A stretch of 64,000 bases of DNA from Anthoceros angustus. Taxonomy: Eukaryota; Plantae; Anthocerotophyta. The translations under genes and the position numbers were made by a program. Of the stretch, positions 1-12,039 are shown piece by piece. Below the pieces are notes generated by a model that worked only from the letters and a program-made list of their open reading frames with translations, searched no databases and had not been told where the DNA came from. The stretch lies in assembly GCA_010909165.1 (NCBI GenBank), contig MU008157.1, forward strand, positions 434,001-498,000, in the 5' to 3' direction. Each line of letters opens with the position of its first letter. Position 1 is the first letter of the stretch.

Positions 1-495
1 TCCTTTCTCCGTGCTTGGGACTTTTCTTGCAGATCCACTTACCATGTGGCTGCTTAGTTTACAACTAGTACCTGGAGGACCGCAATGCTCAACAACATCT
101 GTTATTGGAGCGAATCAGCGCCTAAGTCTGCACCAAGTTTCCACCACAATAGGACAATGGTCTTTTCTACTAATGTATTTAGGTATAAATGGTCCTTGAG
201 TTTCGATATATTTACATTAAGAACTTCTCGATATGGCCTTGGATCCTGAGATTTTTTCGTAAACTTAAAAAGACCACTATATATGTGTGTATCCTTAGGC
301 ACTACTTATTAAGACAAAGTACAAGTGACTACATGAGCTTGAATTTTTGAGATTTTCACTAATTCTTAAAACAATCACTATTATGTGTATGCATCATTAG
401 GCATTACTTTTAATTAAGGGACAAGTGACTCTGCCCATTGGTCTTGGCTAGAATTCCTTCTCACTCCATTTTTAGTGCGTGAAACCTGTAGCAAG

Positions 496-1090
496 ATGGT
501 GTAGCCCGAGAGCAAACAGCCAAACACAGATGGTGTAGCCCGAGAGCAAACAGCCAAACACAGATGGTGTAGCCCGAGAGCAAACAGCCAAACACAGATG
601 GTGTAGGCAGAGCAACCATACACGGATGGTGTGGCCGAGCAAACAGCCATACACGATGGTGTGGCGAGAGCAAAAACCACAGAGATGGTGTGGCAGAGCA
701 ACCATACAGATGGTGTGGCGAGCAAACAGCCATACATGATGGTGTAGCCCGAGAGCAAACACCATCTCTATAATTTGCTCTCCGAGCAAACACCATCTCG
801 TTCTATGGCCGCTCTCCGAGCAAACACCATCTCGTTCTATGTTTGCTCTCAGCAAACACCATCTGTTCTATGGGTTTGCTCTCGAGAGCAACACACCATC
901 TCGTTCTATGGCTGTTTGCTCTCGAGAGCAAACACCATCTCGTTTTATGGTCGTTTGCTCTCCGAGCAAACACCATCTCTGTTTTATGGTGCTTGCTCTC
1001 AAGAGCAAACACCATCTCTGTTCTATGGCTGTTTGCTCTCGAAGAGCAAACAGCCATAGAACAGAGATGGTGTAGCCCGAGAGCAAACAG
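496..1090. repeat. 34-bp minisatellite array with an internal orientation switch (fold-back)
   Basis: Unit GATGGTGTAGCCCGAGAGCAAACAGCCAAACACA occurs as about 3 perfect copies from 496, then degenerate copies to ~770. From ~775 to 1040 the units carry the reverse-complement motifs (GGCTGTTTGCTCTC, ACCATCT). The array flips back at a perfect 31-bp hairpin, 1009-1039/1043-1073. Confidence 0.9.
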
Positions 1091-1262
1091 AGAAGCTGGA
1101 GAAGCCTTGGAAAGTGAAGAGTGCAACTATAAATGGTGTAGCGTGCACGCGCTTTCTGTGTAGCGTGTAGAGGCATAAAGCAAAAAACCATACTTGGTTT
1201 TTTATGTAGTGTGCACAGGCAAATAGTATGGTTTTTTATGTAGCGTGCACAGGCAGATAGCA

Positions 1263-1535
1263 AAGAACCATACATGGCCTTGCTTACACATAGCTTTGCC
1301 CAAGAACCATACATGGCCTTGCTTATACACAGCTTTGCCCAAGAACCATACATGGCCTTGCTTATACACAGCTTTGCCCAAGAACCATACATGGCCTTGC
1401 TTATACACAGCTTTGCCCAAGAACCATATATGGCCTTGCTTATATACAGCTTTGCCCAAGAACCATACATGGCCTTGCTTATACACAGCTTTGCCCAAGA
1501 ACCATACATGGCCTTGCTTATACACAACTTTGCCC
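1263..1535. repeat. 39-bp tandem repeat, ~7 copies
   Basis: Unit AAGAACCATACATGGCCTTGCTTATACACAGCTTTGCCC is repeated nearly perfectly and explains the repetitive 13-aa ORFs in the track. Confidence 0.95.
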
Positions 1536-2713
1536 CTCAGTAAGGTACAAGGGAGAATGAAAGAAAGCAAAGAACCATACATGGTTTTGCCCCTCAATAA
1601 GGTACAAAAGCACATGGAAGAAAAGTTAAAAACCATATATGGCCTTGCCTCTCAATAGGATACAAGGGCACGTGAAAGGTTTAGTCAAATTGAACCTCTT
1701 CGGGCTATAGCCTAAAGAAACAACAAAAAAGAGACCCAACTAAAATCTTCCAAAGAACAGAGATGCCTTGCCCCTCATTCAATAGGGCACAAAGGTATAT
1801 GAAAGGCTTAGCGAAATTGCAACCCTATAGCAAAACAAGGGGCGAAGTGAATCTCCTCTACTCACTCTAGTGCAAGCATGAGGGAAGAGCGCGTAGCCCA
1901 CAAGGAGGGAAGAACGCGTGGCCCACACTTTATGTTTTGTTAATAGTTAAATGAACAAATAGTTCTTAGTATAAGACGTCAAAGGTGATCACCATGTTAT
2001 AGGTTATCGAAATAGGTAAAAGGCATATAGATTAAATTATTAAGTTATTTTTATTGATTCATATTTATATTGGTATTTATAAAAATTATCTAGAAATAAA
2101 TTCATTTTTTACTTTAATAAATACCTAATATTATCTCGTATCAAATTGTAAATGTAATGTATACTCTTTTGGGTATACAGCCGCTGATTTGCTGTATACA
2201 GGGAAGCAAGAAGAAAATATATTTTAGTCCACTCAAACAATAGCGTGAAGCGGGCTAGGCCTAAATAGAGATAGGTTCCGCACGGTGGGACTCCTTCCCA
2301 CCGAGTTTCAACGTCAAATCGGACACGGAGGTTGCCGGGAAAACTAGCCCCCATTTCCAAGCACGCACCGTCACCGGGGCCGTTCACCGGTGGGTATGCC
2401 GCCAAGCAGGTCGGGTGATGGAACGCGGCTAGGCATTTATTGGGAAAGCAGTCGACATTGGCATAGGCATTCGCACTGGCACTGATGAGAGCAATTGCAA
2501 GCAAGCGACAGTGAGTGGGACTTGGAAATCGGATTGCGACTACAATTCAGGATCGCCAGAGAGAGAGTTGAATGTGGGGCCTCACACCCCTTCACGAGGA
2601 GTCACACCTCCTCACCAACATACCTCACGATGTATAATGCTGATTTGCAGCCTTCTCTTTGATAACAATTCTTCCTTCTTCTGCACTCGACCTTCTGCAT
2701 ATACTGTGTACAG

Positions 2714-3256
2714 GACATCACATTCCAAAGGGCTGGAACCTTGTGCTCGATGTCCATAACTTGCACCACAGCCCGGAACTGTTTTCGGATCCACACACCT
2801 TCGACCCATCTCGCTTCGATGTAGGTGCTCACCTCCCAGCCTACAGACATCATCTGCACCTCCGTGCAGCTCTCCTTCTTCCCCATGTTAGCACCTGGCC
2901 CTCGAGGATATACGTCAAGTGTGGTGCTTAACAGGAGGCACCAAAGAACTTCACCGTCATGCCGTTCGGCACGGGCCCCAGAGTGTGTCTCGGTAAAGAT
3001 CTGGCCATCGTGGAGATGAAAGTCTTCCTTCACTACCTCAGCAACCAATTCAGGTGGGCTGGTTACTGTCTTGGAACCTGCGTAATAGTGTTCCTCCGGT
3101 TTCTGTTTCACCCAACAATTCTCATGATCAGCTTCTCCGTGTCTGTGTTTGTGTTACAGCTGGCCCGTCACCGAGCCCGACACGGGCAGGGACTGGTCAG
3201 GCCTTCCATGCCCCAACAACGGCGCCCCCATTCAGATTGACGCCGTCCTTAGATGA
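2714..3256 (+). pseudogene. Cytochrome P450 (CYP85-clan-like), three terminal exons only
   Basis: Exons 2714-2820, 2934-3053 and 3161-3256 with GT-AG introns splice to GHHIPKGWNLVLDVHNLHHSPELFSDPHTFDPSRFD/EAPKNFTVMPFGTGPRVCLGKDLAIVEMKVFLHYLSNQF/SWPVTEPD...DAVLR*. The PERF-like DPSRF and heme-binding FGxGxRxCxG motifs are present. I found no upstream ExxR exon or N-terminal exons. Confidence 0.8.
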
Positions 3257-4974
3257 TAAAGCTAGCCAGTCGGCAAGTTTTCTTCCTCCAACGGCAAAAC
3301 CCTCTTTGAGCGGACCTTGAAGAAAAGCGACCTGTTCGTGTTCCTGAGGGACCTTTTACACTTTCACAAGAATGTGGGCAACGGGCTTAATGCTATAGGA
3401 TGTCGATATACCCCATACTGGGTGAGGAGATTTGATTGACACGAATTGAGAGTATATAATAGAGCCCTTGGTCGGCATGTTTCATCTTTGCGCTTGGGGC
3501 AATGACGCAGTTCGTGAGGTAATACCGAGACGCGTCAATTGCTGGTTGAAAACTTTTTCCAACCCCCCTTAGCGGCCTGAAAGGGCCACTAAGAATTTCT
3601 GGCAGGTTCGCTTCCGAGCTGAACCTAACATATCAAACTCAAAACGGATGGAACTTTGATCGGACCCAGTGTGGGACAGCCAGGCCCGATCTCGGACAGC
3701 CAAACACCAGGGGTGAAGGACCTCAGACTGCACAGTTTGTGAGGTGCCATTGAATGGTGAAGGATCAGACTGCGCAGTATGTGTGAAAATCCTGATCGGT
3801 ACGCGCACCTATGAACTCCTCGTCACCAATTGAGGTTGACCCCGCTCTGTAAGCTTCCAGTATGGAGACTGACGCTGGCAGAAAGGAATCTTGCAGTGGC
3901 AGTACCATGCCACGAAAGGAACACATCCTGCCTGATCGATCCTGCCTGATTTCCTATATTGCAATCGCTGGGCGCCCCTCCCCTGTAGACATCGAAAAAG
4001 CAGACGAGAACGACTATCTGCCCTGGCCAAACAGAACAAGCATTCCTAAGGGGCTGCCCAAGCGCGAGGTCCTCCCAAGTATTCCTGGGTCCCAAATATT
4101 CCTAAGGGGCTCTCCAATCTACTGCGCTGCTTTTTCTTAGGGGGTGGCTAACGGTAGTCCGAGGGCATGGGTCGAATCTCCAGGAGGAGGTACTCCCTTA
4201 TCCGGATGTGATGGAGGGCATCTCGCCATCGTCCTGTGAAGAACTTTCTGGCCTTATCGATTAGCGAATGGCTGATCCAATTCGCAATCGAAGACTACAA
4301 GGGATCCGGAAGCAACTGCGTGGGCTGAACAGGAAACATCTGACCGCCTTCCCCATGGACCATCACTTGAAGGTCAAATTCCAGCAGTGACGTGGGCTGC
4401 ACTCCTACATCTAGGACACTTGAGGGTACCATACAGAGGGTACCATACAGACACTGTAGCTGCTCGAAAGGGCTGAAAGCAAATTCAGTGAAGCATGCAA
4501 GCGCGCAATGCGAGAAAAAAACCCCATCGAACCTCGGAATGGAGTCTGATTCCACGTCCATGTCTCGAAGAGATGCACCTTTTCCCCCACCAAGCGTCGA
4601 AGCTGTTCATGAAACCGTGCTCAAGCTGCAGTGCCGCCCCCGAGATGGCCTGCACAGGCCTGCTGATCGCCAGATAAGAGAGGTCCGCTAGTGCACGCCG
4701 AATATCAACCTGATGCTGGAAAAGTCTTGCAGAAGGCTGCACAATCTTCGGGAGAGAAGTGGCTTCGGACATGGACTTGCATCCTTGCTCACATGTACTT
4801 CGTAGCATGCACTTGCATCCTTTCTCATGCATGTATTTCACGACACCAAAAAGTAGACTACGTAGCTGGGGGGAAAGTCTGCCTTGCCTGTATCGTATTG
4901 TTAGCGATTCTGAAGCTCCATCAGGCAAACCTCCTCCCTCTTCAGGAACCAGGAAGGATGAAGTCCAAAACAAG

Positions 4975-5178
4975 AGCTAATGGACACACAACGTGATTAT
5001 TAAGCATCCTGCGCTTGGATCGGTACTTAGATGGGGTGCCTAAAGGGAATGATGGGGTGCCTAAAGGGAATGATGCTATTACCTTTGGCATACCATGGTA
5101 CAAGTTGTTTAAGTATCAAGTCCCATGATAGAAATCCGTCCTTAGTGGACTTAAATAAAATTCTTCTTCTTCTTCTTC
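4975..5178 (+). mobile_element. SINE-like short interspersed repeat, copy 1
   Basis: Core GCTTGGATCGGTACTTAGATGGGGTGCCTAAAGGGAATG...GGCATACCATGGTACAAGTTG...AAGTCCCATGA ends in GTGGACTTAAATAAAA followed by (TTC)n. The same sequence recurs at 11356-11848 and 56375-56457. Confidence 0.6.
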
Positions 5179-6048
5179 GTTATATCTCGGGGAAAGGAAA
5201 GTAACCTGAGCGGCAGGTAAACCGAAGTTCCCTGCTGTCGAGGTTTCTTCTGATGTTGCGTCTTACGAGCACGGGCAGCTGAAATATGGCAATCTGTCGT
5301 GGTGCTCGCAATGGCGGTGGCAGTGCCTGCCAGTCATCATCCCCGCCGCTGTGTTAGCTCTTTAGGGTTTCTGTCCTATGAGCGGCAAACCTAGAGGGAG
5401 GTATCCCGAACGACAGTACTTCAGCAGCTTTCTCAATCTCACGCTCGCTGCGGGCTGCATCCTCAGGGTTGAAAGGAAGCACTGGATCCGCCTTGCTTAC
5501 GCATTACACCTTGCGCACCAGAATCTCAACCTGCCAGCAAAAGCAAAACGTTCAGAAACGCAGGCACTAAGCATCGGAATTTCGTCCCTCACTCGATCCA
5601 CACCGCCACGGCACTGCAAGGCACATCAAACAATTTCCTCTCTCCTCGTCCCTCTTTCCTTCGCCCTGCGACGCCGCGACCGGAAGCCATTAGGGAACTC
5701 GAGTTCCCGTCCCCTGCTGCCGCGGCGAAGACCCGGCAATATTCTCGCCCTGGGTTTGAATTCGCAGGTGCCCCTGTTCCGGGCGTGCCGCGCGGCCGGG
5801 TGGTCTCTGCCGATAGCGCGGGCAAGTGGCGCTTCCGAAGAAAAAAATGAAGCCAGCACTTTCCGCTAGGGTTTTCGAGGTCTTCTGAGGTCGAGGGTTG
5901 AGACATATTGCCTTACCAGCGAGAATTGTGGTCAGACAAGGGTGTACCAAGGGGAGGAGTTCAAGGAGTTCGAAAACTTGAAGAATCCTCAGTGCAACAA
6001 AAGGCTCAGCAGGTCTGGTCTGACTCTATGTCCGCGAGGTTTCTCCAC

Positions 6049-8322
6049 CTATTGATCCTTCACAAATGAAGCTAAGATGTTCTTCTTCACAATGAACTCA
6101 TCCACCTTCAGCGGGTTGACAGCCTGCGCATGGCCATATCGTTTCACTGTCGGTAAGCTCATCGGAGAATACTGCTCGTTAGGGAGGCGAGGGAGAAGAA
6201 ATGACTCCCCAAGGACAAAGCGAAGAGAGAAAACTGACCCCTGATAGTACACGCTCAAGCCTGCTGACCTCCTTCTTTGCGTATTCGTCGCCCTTTGAGA
6301 CAATAGTCTTCAAGGCCTTGATGTACACCTTCGAGTACCTGCACCGATCTCACATAAAACATCAAGAGTGCACAGTTCGTGCGAAGGGCAGCAAAGCAAT
6401 CTGTGCCACCAACCTTGCGGCTGACCCATCCAGGGTGGAAGACGTCACTTCCGCTTTCTCGATGATGGCCTCTCTCTCCTTCGGACTAGCAGCCAAAAAT
6501 TCATCGATGAACTCTTCCAGCTCAGGAACCTTCCCGGCCTGCATTGTATGTCGAAAGTTAGGCCATGATCAATAACCAGTCGAAGGTATTACTTCTGGAC
6601 TGTCTTCAAGAGCCCTCCAGAAAGCACTTACATTTTCATTCAAACCGCCTGAAGGAGTTCGACTCGTACCCGCTTTCGTATTGACGAAAGCAACTAGGTC
6701 TTCCAGACTTCGAGCCTCCTCATAGTTCTCACCTTCTTTGTTGGCCTTGGGGAACCATTTCAGAGTTGGAAATCCACCAACATCGTATCTACAGAGACAC
6801 AAGAGAGGCGTTAAGACCTAACCTCACCCGCTTGTTCAGCGAACAGAGGAAGAAGTACCTTTCAGCTAGATCCTTGTGAGCATCAGCATCCAACTTGGCA
6901 ACTACCACATCGCTATCTCCTTTGAAAGCACTAGCTAGTTGCTCGTAAACCTGCATCACACAAAGATATGAGAATCATACTTGTTGACAGAGGAATCATA
7001 AACGCCAGACTGCAGATAGTCTAAGATGCTTACTGGAGCAAGACTTTTGCAGTGACCACACCTGAACAAGATGGCACCCAACCAAAGTGGTGGAAGCCAG
7101 TCAGTTGTTTGGCCACAGCTAATAGCTAACTTTAAATAAAAATCTTAGAAAGGATGCATCAGAATATACCAAGGTGCATAGAATTCAACCAGAACATGCT
7201 TGGATTTGTCTAAGACCACAGCATCAAAGTTGGATGGAGTCAACACGACAACATCAGAAGTTGCTGTTGCCAATTTGACAGAGGTGCCTGCACATCACCA
7301 GCAGTTCAAATTAGAAGTGAAGAGAGACCAAAGGTCGCAATCACTTAGACTCGAATACGAACCAGTTCAAAGTCCACAATACCTGCTTCCGCATTAACGA
7401 ATTCCACAAGATCCTCCACAGTTCGGCCCCCAGAGTACCTGTGCAGCACAGACAGATGTGAAAATGTCTTCAGAGAACCGAAACTATTTTCTAAGACAAA
7501 CGTCTAAAGGAGCTGATAGCTAGTGCAGAGGCTGGGAACCTACTCCTTGGGAGTCAGCGACCCCGCAGCAAACCACTTCAAGGTTGGATAACCGGAAACC
7601 CCATACTTGGTGCACACACTCTTGTGAGCGTCACAATCAACCTACAGATATCAGCCGATAAAAAACCGTAAATTGATGAAACAACGGCTGCATTTCTCGT
7701 ATCTCAAGCTCACTCCAACAAACAGTTAACCCCGCCCCAAGGTGACAAACGTAACAACACCAGTAGCTCCCTGCATAATCCGCCTGAAAGCCCCAAATAG
7801 AGACGAGCTCCATAACTCTTACCTTGGCGATCAGAACAGACTTAGTCTTCTTGAAAGCAGCCCCAAGCTTTTCATACTCGGGAGCCAACTTCTTACAGTG
7901 ACCACACCTACAGCAACGCCAGATACATCAGCAAATCCTCTTGCACGCCATCATCTCAAAAGGATGCCTACATCAAATTTCAGCCTGCTGTTCCACCATT
8001 TCCTCGAAAAACTCAAATTAGGGCAAGAGTCCGAGCTCAACATGTCAGCCCAGGGTGACAACAATCCAATTCAGTGAATCCGCCGTCCACAGTCCTAAAC
8101 AGTCCCGCCGATACCCTGAATTATGCAATCCAACCCCATCCCTGCTAGCTCATATTGACAACTCGCAGTCACTCACCAGGGTGCGAAGAACTCCACCAAC
8201 GCCCCTTTCTCCTGCCCCACCTCCTTCTCGAAGCTGTCGGGATCAAGATCCAGCACCTCTCCAGCCACGCCGATCAGCGTGGCCAGCAGCAGCAGCAACA
8301 CCAGGGATCCGGACCGCGCCAT
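6049..8322 (-). CDS. Protein disulfide isomerase-like, a-a-ERp29c architecture (PDIL2-1/UNE5 type), 11 exons
   Basis: Spliced by eye: signal peptide [21 protein letters not shown], two thioredoxin domains each with WCGHCK (FFAPW|[13 protein letters not shown] and FYAPW|CGHCKSLAP), [16 protein letters not shown] motifs, then an ERp29 C-terminal domain ending ...[12 protein letters not shown]. All introns are GT-AG. There is no KDEL, as is known for this subfamily. Confidence 0.95.
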
Positions 8323-8844
8323 CGGCGAGACTCGAGCAGAGAAAATGCAACTACAGAAAATGCAATCTACCCGTACCCCCCAGTTCAGTAATTCGAATTC
8401 TCACTCTTCTAATCCGAGTGCGTACCCCGCAGCTACCAGGTCACCGTAGTGGCTGCTGCTCGCGAAGCCGGCCGCCCCCTGCCGCCTAAATCAGACGGCG
8501 TTTCTGGGCACGTGGCCCTCGCCCAGAAGCCCTTCCGTCGCGGATCTTTCTTGACTTCGGTAGGACGGGAGGGCCGGTTTCCCGGTTGCCTCCGAAATTT
8601 CCCGGTTGCCTCCGAAAGCGTGTTGCTTCTCGTTTCGTTTAGGGCTGTGTCCAGATGTTACTGGATCTGCCTGGGAGCACATTTGTTCCCGCGCTGAAGA
8701 GCTTGTGAGCGTAGGATCATCCAGCTGTCGCGGCCTTGTGTCTGAGCTGCTTTTGGGTTTGTGTGTCGAGGGCGTGGCGCAGTGTGGTGTGTGATCTTGC
8801 CATCCAGCTCTTTTGTTCTGTTCCCGCGCTCGTCTGATCGAGCC
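8323..8844. promoter_or_regulatory. Putative shared (bidirectional) promoter/5'UTR region of PDI and the RRM gene
   Basis: About 520 bp separate the divergent start codons. The interval contains a G-box CACGTGGC (~8509) and a tandem 20-bp duplication TTTCCCGGTTGCCTCCGAAA (~8578-8617). Confidence 0.5.
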
Positions 8845-10189
8845 ATGTCGGTGAGTTGCGACTTGTGTTCGATCTGATGTGTTCCTGACGAAACTGCGCA
8901 AGGATGGCCGCAATTCTGATTTTCTTGCGTCTATGTGGCTGTCTGTTGCTCAGCAAGCTCAAGGGAGTATTGTACGGGTGAGCAATGTCTCACCTAGAGC
9001 AACTGAGAGTGACATCATGGATTTCTTTTCCTTCTCCGGAGAGATCCAGAACATCGAGCTTCGGAGGTTCGTGGGCCGGGGCCTTGCAATTGGCTTGCAG
9101 TCCGTTGTTTGGGGCCTTGTCTTGCTCCGTCTTATGGGAGTATCGTGCGGTTGCGGGTTTGCAGGGACGGTGAGAACTCGCAGGTCGCGTTTGTGACATT
9201 TAAGGAGGTTGGGGCTTTGGATACTGCGCTTCTCCTCTCTGTAAGGACGCGATCATGTTACTGTCGTTGTCGGATTTTTAGTGCATTCAGGTGGCCTTAG
9301 GTGACCCTGGTTGGTTCTGAAAGCTGGTGGGTGATGTTCGCCGGGTCAGGGAGCAACTATTGTCGACCAGGCGGTGAACATCGATGTGGCTGCTGACGAC
9401 GAGTTCGTTTCTCCTCGCGCTGACGGGTCTGATTCCACGGTGTGTTATCGTTGACCTCTTTCTTGTGGTCGGGAGGGATTTCCTGCTTCCCAACGAATTA
9501 TGTGTTCTCATCCGCTTTTTCTGTGTTTGAACCAGCCGCATAACCTCACGAAGGCGGAAGAGGTGATTGCATCTATGCTGGCAAGGGGGTTTGTTGTCGG
9601 CAAGGATGCCATGTCCAAGGCAAAAGCCTTTGATGACAAGCACAAACTGACAGCCAGTGCCTCGGCCACAGTGTCGAATCTGGACAAGAAGATAGGGCTC
9701 ACGCAGAAGCTGAATGCTGGCACGACGGCCGTGAATGAGAGAGTGAGAGCTGTGGACCAGAAGTTTCAGGTGTCAGAAAAGACGAGAACTGTGTTTGCAG
9801 CGGCTGAGCAGAAGGTTAACAGCGCAGGCTCTGCCTTGATGAGGAACAGGTACGTGTTGACAGGTGCTTCATGGGTGACGGGGGCTTTCAGCAGGGTGCA
9901 GAAGGCTGCAGTGGATGTGGGCCAGAAAACAAAGGAAAAAGTCCTTCAAACACAGGGGCCAAAGGCTGCCGACACGGAGGACGGAGAGGACAGATACAGC
10001 AGCCCTGCAGGCAACGAGTACTCCCAGTTTCAGGCAGTGCAGCAGCAAAACTTAACTCCACCAGCAGCTGTTTCCTTGAGCGCGGCAGCAGAGTCTGGGC
10101 CAGTGAGGTACCCTAATATTTATGATCCGCCTGTTCGGGGAGCTTCTGTAAAGTCAGGCCCTCCTCCAGCCCAAGGATTGATTCTTTGA
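8845..10189 (+). CDS. RRM protein, BPA1 (binding partner of ACD11)-like, 5 exons
   Basis: First coding exon ATGTCG|GTGAGT, then QAQGSIVRVSNVSPRATESDIMDFFSFSGEIQNIELR/DGENSQVAFVTFKEVGALDTALLLS/GATIVDQAV.../...KAEEVIASMLARGFVVGKDAMSKAKAFDDKHKLT...PPPAQGLIL*. The RRM and C-terminal AQGLIL motif match the family as I recall it. Confidence 0.92.
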
Positions 10190-11355
10190 TTGGGTTGACA
10201 TCACGCCCCGTGTACATAGCCACCGTTGGTGATGGTGCAGGTTAGCTCAGCTTAGGCCATGGTTGTTGCGGGTGCTAACACCGCCCGCTGTAGATAATGT
10301 CTAAAACCATTCTGGCTGTCAATTTTGGCCACATCCAATTCTGATTGATATTATTTGGGTTGTTTAGATTCAAAGTGCTCCTGCTGTTGCTTGCACTAGT
10401 TTTTTCTTGTCTAACTAGGTCTGAAGTGGCAACATTTTGAGCTTCACCGCTAGCACGTTAGTTCAGGGCATGTCCATGGATGGGCCCGGCCACCCACTGT
10501 TCCCGTTGGCCCAAGAGTCCTCAATGTGGGCGAGCACGTCCACCAACAGGTGAACGTCTCGAGACGTGCAAGAGTTGTTCATACTCTGACGCCCGGCTTT
10601 ATCTGGAGCTCAAAGTTGAAGTTCGATGTGACTCGAGGTCTTCACAGCCCGGGGTCCACGGCCCATGTCCTCCACATGCTCACCCTCTTGTAGCTTGGAA
10701 TAGGCCTGATACCCCTGGAGAGTGTTAAGAGCGCTCCCTCTATCTTGTAATTAGCTGCCTCGATGGGAGCTCGCTGGAAGGAGGAATGGGCCCTGAGGCA
10801 AGTGACGGTACTTCTCGAAAGACCAGGACGGCGTTAAGGAAGTACTGTCCATATTGGACGTACAAGCCAAACGACTGATAACATTCAGGATTCGGCCCAA
10901 TGCTTCCCTTCGCATGATGGATGCGTTATAGGAGCCCGTTGTCGTTTCTGAGGGACTCCATTGCCAGAAACGCTCTCATTAGTAGTCGTGGAGCCTCTTG
11001 AGTGTCCGCTCTCTCAGCCTCGCAAGGCAAAGACAGGAGCATGATCTCATAAGGCTATGGCCAACTTTTTGTTTGTTAGCGGTCACTACGGGCTACTTGG
11101 TGTGGTGTAGAACTGATCTGAAATGGAAATAACTCTGTAAATGCTAATTTGAAGCTCCTCCTACATTGCACATTTCACACCACCGTCTACCACTAATTCC
11201 ATGTTATGTTGTTTGCGAGTTGTTTGAAGTAGCTGACTTTGTTTCATATGCATTTGTAAAACATCTTCATTTGATGAAATTTTTGGAACAAACAAACGCT
11301 AACATAAGAAAGACATCTTCTTGTTATGAGTTGTAGGTCATTATACAACATCTAT

Positions 11356-11848
11356 GTGTGTCCAAATGGCTTAGGCCAAATGGACAAACATTTATAAGAA
11401 TGCATGGATCAGTACTTAGATGGGGTGCCTAAAGGGAATGGATGCCCTTGGTGCAAGTAGCTTCGGCATACCATGGTACAAGTTGTTAAGTACCAAGTCC
11501 CATGACTGCGCTTGGATCAGTACTTAGATGGGGTGCCGTAGATGGGGTGCCTAAAGGGAATGGATGCCCTTGGTGCAAGTAACTTAGGCATACCATGGTA
11601 CAAGTTGTTAAGTACCAAGTCCCATGACTACGCTTGGATCGGCACTTAGATGGGGTGCCTAAAGGGAATGAAGTAGCTTAGGCATACGATGGTACAAGTT
11701 GTTAAATACCAAGTACCATGGGGTGCCGAAATGGAATGAATGCCCTTGGTGCAAGTAGCTTAGGCATACCATGGTACAAATTGTTAAATACCAAGTCCCA
11801 TGATGAAAATCTGTCCTGAGTGGACTTAAATAAAATTCTTCTTCTTCT
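11356..11848 (+). mobile_element. SINE-like repeat, copy 2, with its ~105-bp body tandemly amplified ~4x
   Basis: Repeated unit GCTTGGATCAGTACTTAGATGGGGTGCCTAAAGGGAATGGATGCCCTTGGTGCAAGTAGCTTAGGCATACCATGGTACAAGTTGTTAAGTACCAAGTCCCATGA, followed by a single 3' end GTGGACTTAAATAAAATTCTTCTTCTTC. Confidence 0.7.
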
Positions 11849-12039
11849 ATTACATCATTACATAGTTTTTTTTAATTTTATTTATATATCTATTTATTAT
11901 ACATCATTATATTATATAAGATTTAATTATAGGGATATTACATTTCATAATGAGTGTGGTTGAAGCTAGATAATTGATATTTCATTTCATGTGACCATAT
12001 CTATGGGTTGGTGGCTTAGTTGGCTACTGCGCCCTACTC

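Noticed and set aside
280-430. Two short related AT-rich segments resembling the SINE-like family
   Set aside because: Similarity is limited to a few words (TTAGGCA, TTAAG, CATGA); too weak to call by eye.
496-1535. Repeat arrays as CRISPR, or the repetitive ORFs as real proteins
   Set aside because: Units are head-to-tail with no unique spacers, the context is eukaryotic with no cas genes, and the ORFs are by-products of repeat periodicity.
4141-4185. tRNA-like A/B boxes (TGGCTAACGG ... GGGTCGAATCTC)
   Set aside because: The boxes are only ~14 bp apart and no cloverleaf can be folded.
10470-11080. Short ORFs downstream of the RRM gene
   Set aside because: No recognisable motif, and no consistent spliced frame on either strand.
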